Below are positions 22,176 through 26,247 of a stretch of DNA of 26,247 nucleotides, one piece after another (the first letter of the stretch is position 1; each line of letters begins with the position of its first letter). The notes below the pieces were generated by a model. That model was not told the origin of the DNA. It worked only from the letters and a program-made list of their open reading frames with translations, and did not search any database. Source of the stretch: a bacterium. GTDB taxonomy: Bacteria > SZUA-182 > DTGQ01 > JAFGSM01. The stretch covers positions 1 to 26,247 of the forward strand of contig JBLIRP010000056.1 in assembly GCA_049472355.1 (NCBI GenBank), written 5' to 3'. Position numbers and translations under genes: made by a program.

Positions 22176-23478
22176 TACCTTCCAGAACATACTCAAGATA
22201 CCCGAGCTGAAGAAGAGGATACTCATCACCTTCGCCCTGCTCGCCGTGTTCAGGATCGGCGCGCACATCCCCACCCCGGGGATCAACGGCGCAGCACTCG
22301 CCGCATTCTTCGAACAGGCCAAGGGGACCCTGCTCGGTTTTTTTGATCTGTTCTCAGGAGGCGCGCTCTCCAGGCTCACCGTTTTTGCCCTGGGAATCAT
22401 GCCCTACATCGATGCGGCCATCATCCTCGAACTTCTGACCGTGGTGATCCCTCACCTGGAGAAGCTCTCCAAAGAGGGTGAGGAGGGCCGCAAAAAGATC
22501 ACCCAGTATACCCGGTACGGCACCATCCTTATTGCAGTCATTCAGTCCCTGGGGATAAGCTTCGGCCTCGAGACCATGAAAAGCCCGGGCGGCGCCGCCA
22601 TCGTGCCAAGCCCCGGATGGTCCTTCAGGCTCATGACGGTGATCACCCTGACCGCGGGGACCGTGTTTCTCATGTGGCTGGGTGAGCAGATATCGGAACG
22701 AGGCATCGGAAACGGTATATCACTGCTCATCTTCGCCGGTATTATCGTGAGGGGCCCGGCTGCGGTGATCAACACCATCCGCCTGCTGAAGACCGGCGAA
22801 CTCGCGGTCTTCCTGCTGCTCGCGTTACTGATATTCATGGCGGTGGTATGCGCCTTTATCGTATTCGTGGAGTCAGGGGAGCGGAAGATCCCCGTTCAGT
22901 ATGCCAAACGGGTCGTGGGCAGGAGGATTTACGGGGGACAAAGCACCTACATCCCCCTGCGGGTAAATACGGCCGGTGTTATTCCCATCATCTTCGCCGC
23001 GTCCATCATCATGTTTCCGGCAACCATCGCCCGGTTCATCAACCACCCCTGGATGGCAACCATCGCGGAATGGCTGTCCCCGGGGGCATTTCTGAATACG
23101 ACCCTGTATATCGTCATGATTGTCTTTTTCTGCTTCTTTTACACCGCCATCATCTTCAACCCGGTGGACCTGGCCGACAACATGAAAAAATACGGCGGGT
23201 TCATTCCCGGCATCAGGCCCGGGAAGAACACCGCGGAATATATCGACAAGATCCTTACCAGGATCACCTTCGGGGGGGCGCTCTACCTCTCGCTGATATC
23301 CGTATTGCCGACCTATCTCATCAAATTTTTCAATGTGCCCTTCTACTTCGGCGGCATCACCCTGCTCATCGTCATCGAGGTGGGTCTGGACACGGTCCGG
23401 CAGATCGAATCGCACCTCCTGATGCGTAACTACGAAGGATTCATGAAAAAACGCATGAAGAAAAAGGCAAAGATGTAA
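22168..23478 (+). CDS. secY: Preprotein translocase subunit SecY
   Basis: About 10 hydrophobic segments. Motifs [43 protein letters not shown] start. Confidence 0.98.
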   Translation: MIDTFQNILKIPELKKRILITFALLAVFRIGAHIPTPGINGAALAAFFEQAKGTLLGFFDLFSGGALSRLTVFALGIMPYIDAAIILELLTVVIPHLEKLSKEGEEGRKKITQYTRYGTILIAVIQSLGISFGLETMKSPGGAAIVPSPGWSFRLMTVITLTAGTVFLMWLGEQISERGIGNGISLLIFAGIIVRGPAAVINTIRLLKTGELAVFLLLALLIFMAVVCAFIVFVESGERKIPVQYAKRVVGRRIYGGQSTYIPLRVNTAGVIPIIFAASIIMFPATIARFINHPWMATIAEWLSPGAFLNTTLYIVMIVFFCFFYTAIIFNPVDLADNMKKYGGFIPGIRPGKNTAEYIDKILTRITFGGALYLSLISVLPTYLIKFFNVPFYFGGITLLIVIEVGLDTVRQIESHLLMRNYEGFMKKRMKKKAKM

Positions 23479-23479
23479 C

Positions 23480-24193
23480 ATGATGAATGCGTCGCGCACC
23501 TTGGAAAAAAAACGCCTTGTCTTCCTGGGGGCCCCCGGGGCGGGAAAGGGGACGCAGGCCCAGCGCCTGAGCGAAGTCTACGGCCCTCCCCAGATCTCCA
23601 CCGGGGATATCCTGAGGCAGGCGGTCAAGGAAAAGACCACCCTGGGGAATAAGGCGGCCTCGTTTATGGATGCGGGGAAACTGGTCCCCGATGAGGTGGT
23701 AATCGGCATTATCGAGGAGCGGGTGAAGCAGGATGACTGTACAAACGGCTTCATCCTGGATGGATTCCCCAGGACCATTCATCAGGCGGAGGCCCTGGAC
23801 CGGACGCTGAACCGCATGGACATGGCCATTGATGCCGCCGTCTGCTTTGATGTTCCGGAAGATCTCCTGGTGAAACGGCTTTCCGGCAGGAGGGTTTGCC
23901 GATCCTGCGGGGCGAATCACAATATCTATTTCAACCCCCCTGCGAAGGACGGGGTGTGCCAAAAATGCGGAGGGGATCTGTACCAGCGCAACGACGACCA
24001 GGAGGAGACCATCAAGAACCGCCTGAAGGTATATCGGGACCAAACGGAACCCCTCATCGGATTTTATCGGCAAAAAAACCGCCTGGTAACAATCGACGGC
24101 TCAGGCTCAATGGATGTGATATTTGATCATCTGATCCGAACGCTTGAGGGAAAGGGGAAGGATGATCGTCCTCAAATCCCCTCAGGAGATTGA
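23480..24193 (+). CDS. adk: Adenylate kinase (long, Zn-LID type)
   Basis: P-loop GAPGAGKGTQ, STGDILR, LDGFPRT. LID CRSC...CQKC. Exact start uncertain (23480, 23483 or 23501). Confidence 0.97.
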   Translation: MMNASRTLEKKRLVFLGAPGAGKGTQAQRLSEVYGPPQISTGDILRQAVKEKTTLGNKAASFMDAGKLVPDEVVIGIIEERVKQDDCTNGFILDGFPRTIHQAEALDRTLNRMDMAIDAAVCFDVPEDLLVKRLSGRRVCRSCGANHNIYFNPPAKDGVCQKCGGDLYQRNDDQEETIKNRLKVYRDQTEPLIGFYRQKNRLVTIDGSGSMDVIFDHLIRTLEGKGKDDRPQIPSGD

Positions 24194-24926
24194 AAAGATT
24201 CGTGTCAGCGGACGATTGGTTCGGGAGGCATTACAACATATAGGCGCAATGGTGCAGCCGGGAGTGACCACATTGGAGTTGAATGAAGCTGCGGAACATT
24301 TTCTTCTCGCACGCGGTGCGAAGCTCGCCTTTAAGGGCTACCGAAGGGGACCACAGGAGCCCCCTTTTCCTGCAGCGCTCTGCACCTCGATCAACGACGA
24401 GATCGTCCACGGCATTCCATCGCCCAGGAGGAAACTCCGGGAAGGAGACATCATCAGCCTGGACCTGGGTGCGGCAATCGACGGGTATTACGGAGACGCC
24501 GCGGTCACCCTCCCCGTCGGCGAGGTCTCGGACGAGGCGCGCAGGCTCCTCGACGTAACCCGCGTATCCCTTGACCATGCCATTGATATGGCACTATCGG
24601 GGAATCGCCTCCAGGACATATCATACGCCGTTCAGTCCTATGTGGAGGCAAACGGTTTTTCCGTGGTGAGGGACTTTGTCGGTCACGGCATCGGGAGGGC
24701 CCCCCACGAGGACCCTCAAATCCCCAATTTCGGCAAGCCCGGGCGGGGAAAACGATTGCGGCCGGGCATGGTGCTCGCCATCGAGCCCATGGTCAATGCC
24801 GGCACCTTCGAGGTACGGATACTGGAGGACCATTGGACCGCAGTAACCGAGGATGGTAGTCTTTCCGCCCATTTTGAACATACGATTGCCATCACCCCCG
24901 AAGGCCCAGATATTCTGACACAATAG
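24162..24926 (+). CDS. map: Methionine aminopeptidase type I
   Basis: Motifs MIVLKS..EI, SINDEIVHG, GHGIG..HEDP, AIEPM, SAHFEHT. ATG at 24162 overlaps the adk 3' end. Confidence 0.97.
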   Translation: MIVLKSPQEIEKIRVSGRLVREALQHIGAMVQPGVTTLELNEAAEHFLLARGAKLAFKGYRRGPQEPPFPAALCTSINDEIVHGIPSPRRKLREGDIISLDLGAAIDGYYGDAAVTLPVGEVSDEARRLLDVTRVSLDHAIDMALSGNRLQDISYAVQSYVEANGFSVVRDFVGHGIGRAPHEDPQIPNFGKPGRGKRLRPGMVLAIEPMVNAGTFEVRILEDHWTAVTEDGSLSAHFEHTIAITPEGPDILTQ

Positions 24927-24938
24927 AAGGATGACACA

Positions 24939-25157
24939 GTGCCCAAGGAAGATGCAATAGAGGTTGAAGGAACGGTCATCGAACCGCTCCCCAATGCCAT
25001 GTTCAAGGTCGAGCTGGATAACGGGCATAAGGTGCTTGCTCACATATCCGGGAAGATGAGAAAAAACTTCATTCGCATCCTTCGGGGTGACCGCGTCCTG
25101 GTGGAGCTCTCGACCTATGATTTGACCAAAGGGAGGATCGTGTACCGGTTCAAGTGA
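24939..25157 (+). CDS. infA: Translation initiation factor IF-1
   Basis: KEDAIEVEG...LPNAMF...AHISGKMR...KGRIVYR. 72 aa, GTG start. Confidence 0.99.
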   Translation: MPKEDAIEVEGTVIEPLPNAMFKVELDNGHKVLAHISGKMRKNFIRILRGDRVLVELSTYDLTKGRIVYRFK

Positions 25158-25182
25158 AACGCACGTGAGCCTGATGAAACTG

Positions 25183-25224
25183 CGAATATCGAATATCGAA
25201 TGTAGAATGTAGAATGTGGAAGTG
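25183..25224 (+). repeat. Heptamer tandem repeat (NGAATRT x5 plus one degenerate unit)
   Basis: CGAATAT CGAATAT CGAATGT AGAATGT AGAATGT GGAAGTG. Confidence 0.9.
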
Positions 25225-25255
25225 AAACGCAGATGAGACTTCGGCTCACAAAGAG

Positions 25256-25286
25256 ACCTGAAAATACCCAAAGGGGATTTTCAGGT
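25256..25286. other. Strong stem-loop in the infA-rpmJ spacer
   Basis: ACCTGAAAAT (25256-25265) / ATTTTCAGGT (25277-25286) is a perfect 10-bp stem, with an inner CCC-AAA-GGG. No U-tract follows. Confidence 0.7.
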
Positions 25287-25352
25287 GAAAGCATGGTCCG
25301 GCGGGAAGTGAGATACGCGGACGACGATGTTTCATAGGCGGGCCATTGGGAA

Positions 25353-25381
25353 TGGACATTGTGGACCATATAGATTATAAA
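25353..25381 (+). promoter_or_regulatory. Possible sigma70 promoter upstream of rpmJ-rpsM
   Basis: TGGACA, 17 nt, TATAAA. Each box matches 5/6, but the -10 lacks the important terminal T. Confidence 0.3.
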
Positions 25382-25392
25382 GGGTTTTTCTA

Positions 25393-25506
25393 ATGAAGGT
25401 ACGAGCTTCGGTAAAAAAGATGTGTAATAAATGTAAAATCATCAAGCGGCGGGGGATTATTCGGGTCATCTGCAAGGACCCTCGTCACAAGCAACGCCAA
25501 GGTTAG
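25393..25506 (+). CDS. rpmJ: 50S ribosomal protein L36 (bL36), zinc-binding form
   Basis: Hand translation [37 protein letters not shown] (37 aa). Too short for the ORF track. Confidence 0.98.
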   Translation: MKVRASVKKMCNKCKIIKRRGIIRVICKDPRHKQRQG

Positions 25507-25528
25507 GCACAGGGAAAGGGGTAATAAT

Positions 25529-25909
25529 TTGGCGCGCATTGCTGGGGTTGACTTACCCAAGAATAAACGGATCGAGATCGGGCTGACCTATATCTACGGA
25601 ATCGGCAGGCGACGAGCCAATCTTATCCTCAGACGTGCACGGGTGAATCAGGACACCAAGGTATCTCAACTGACCGAGGATGAGATTAACCGCCTCAGGG
25701 AACACGTGGAAGAGTTCAAGGTGGAGGGGGACCTGCGGCGCGAGATCTCCATGAACATCAAGCGGTTGATGGATATCGGCTGCTACCGTGGATTGCGGCA
25801 TCGCCGCTCGCTGCCCGCCCGCGGGCAGCGAACACACACCAACGCCCGAACCCGCAAGGGACCGCGGCGGGCAACGGTCGGCACCCGAAAGAAAATGTCG
25901 AAGAAGTAG
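25529..25909 (+). CDS. rpsM: 30S ribosomal protein S13 (uS13)
   Basis: Motifs [35 protein letters not shown] start. Confidence 0.99.
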   Translation: MARIAGVDLPKNKRIEIGLTYIYGIGRRRANLILRRARVNQDTKVSQLTEDEINRLREHVEEFKVEGDLRREISMNIKRLMDIGCYRGLRHRRSLPARGQRTHTNARTRKGPRRATVGTRKKMSKK

Positions 25910-25976
25910 CCCATTCCATGGCAGGATCGCCACAGGTGGGATATTGGTGAAGGAATACTAGTGCAAGGAGGTAACA

Positions 25977-26247
25977 ATGCCCAACCCACGCCGCAAAGGG
26001 GGCAAAAAGAAAGAAAAGAAAAACATACCCATTGGGGTTGCTCACATCCAGTCTACCTTTAACAACACCATTGTCACCATCAGCTCAATGGAGGGGGAGG
26101 TGGTCTGCTGGTCCAGTTCCGGAAGCCTGGGATTCAAGGGCTCCCGGAAGAGCACCCCGTTCGCCGCACAGATGGCTGCGGAGACGGCAGGAAGAAAGGC
26201 TATGGAATTCGGCGTCCGTCAGGTGGAGGTATCGGTAAAGGGACCGG
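25977..26247 (+). CDS. rpsK: 30S ribosomal protein S11 (uS11), 3'-truncated
   Basis: Hand translation [35 protein letters not shown]...[14 protein letters not shown]...VKGP. AAGGAGG SD. Confidence 0.98.
   Translation, partial: MPNPRRKGGKKKEKKNIPIGVAHIQSTFNNTIVTISSMEGEVVCWSSSGSLGFKGSRKSTPFAAQMAAETAGRKAMEFGVRQVEVSVKGP

Noticed and set aside
25156..25249. Hammerhead-ribozyme-like CTGATGA (25171-25177) with GAAA and a GTGAGC/GCTCAC stem
   Set aside because: Stems II and III and the NUH cleavage triplet cannot be built in any permutation I tried. A cmsearch with hammerhead models would settle it.
25256..25292. Strong hairpin considered as an intrinsic terminator after infA
   Set aside because: There is no convincing U-tract on either strand. 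Kept only as a structural element.
25151..25320. Possible degenerate CRISPR mini-array (GTGAAAC-like motifs about 63-68 nt apart)
   Set aside because: The shared sequence is only 12-21 nt, the first copy is infA coding sequence, spacing is irregular, and there are no cas genes.

Overview
This 26.2-kb, roughly 55-60% GC bacterial window is one continuous, co-oriented (+ strand) core cluster. The order is 'rplJ-rplL-rpoB-rpoC, rpsL-rpsG-fusA-tuf, the S10 block, the spc block through secY-adk-map-infA-rpmJ, and the start of the alpha block (rpsM-rpsK'). I see no rRNA, tRNA, transposase or CRISPR array. The main anomaly is that rplC (uL3), an essential gene normally between rpsJ and rplD, is missing. 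Only 41 nt separate those genes, and they contain an ATG-ACT-TAA mini-ORF that could be a deletion scar. Secondary observations are a structured, repeat-rich 235-nt spacer between infA and rpmJ, a long rpsL leader driven by a sigma70 promoter whose -35 contains the rpoC stop codon, SecY with acidic residues at normally uncharged pore/gate positions, a divergent str-operon EF-G, and substitutions at conserved RNA polymerase positions. Gene calls come from recognising motifs by eye and no database search was run. Reference residue numbers are from memory.
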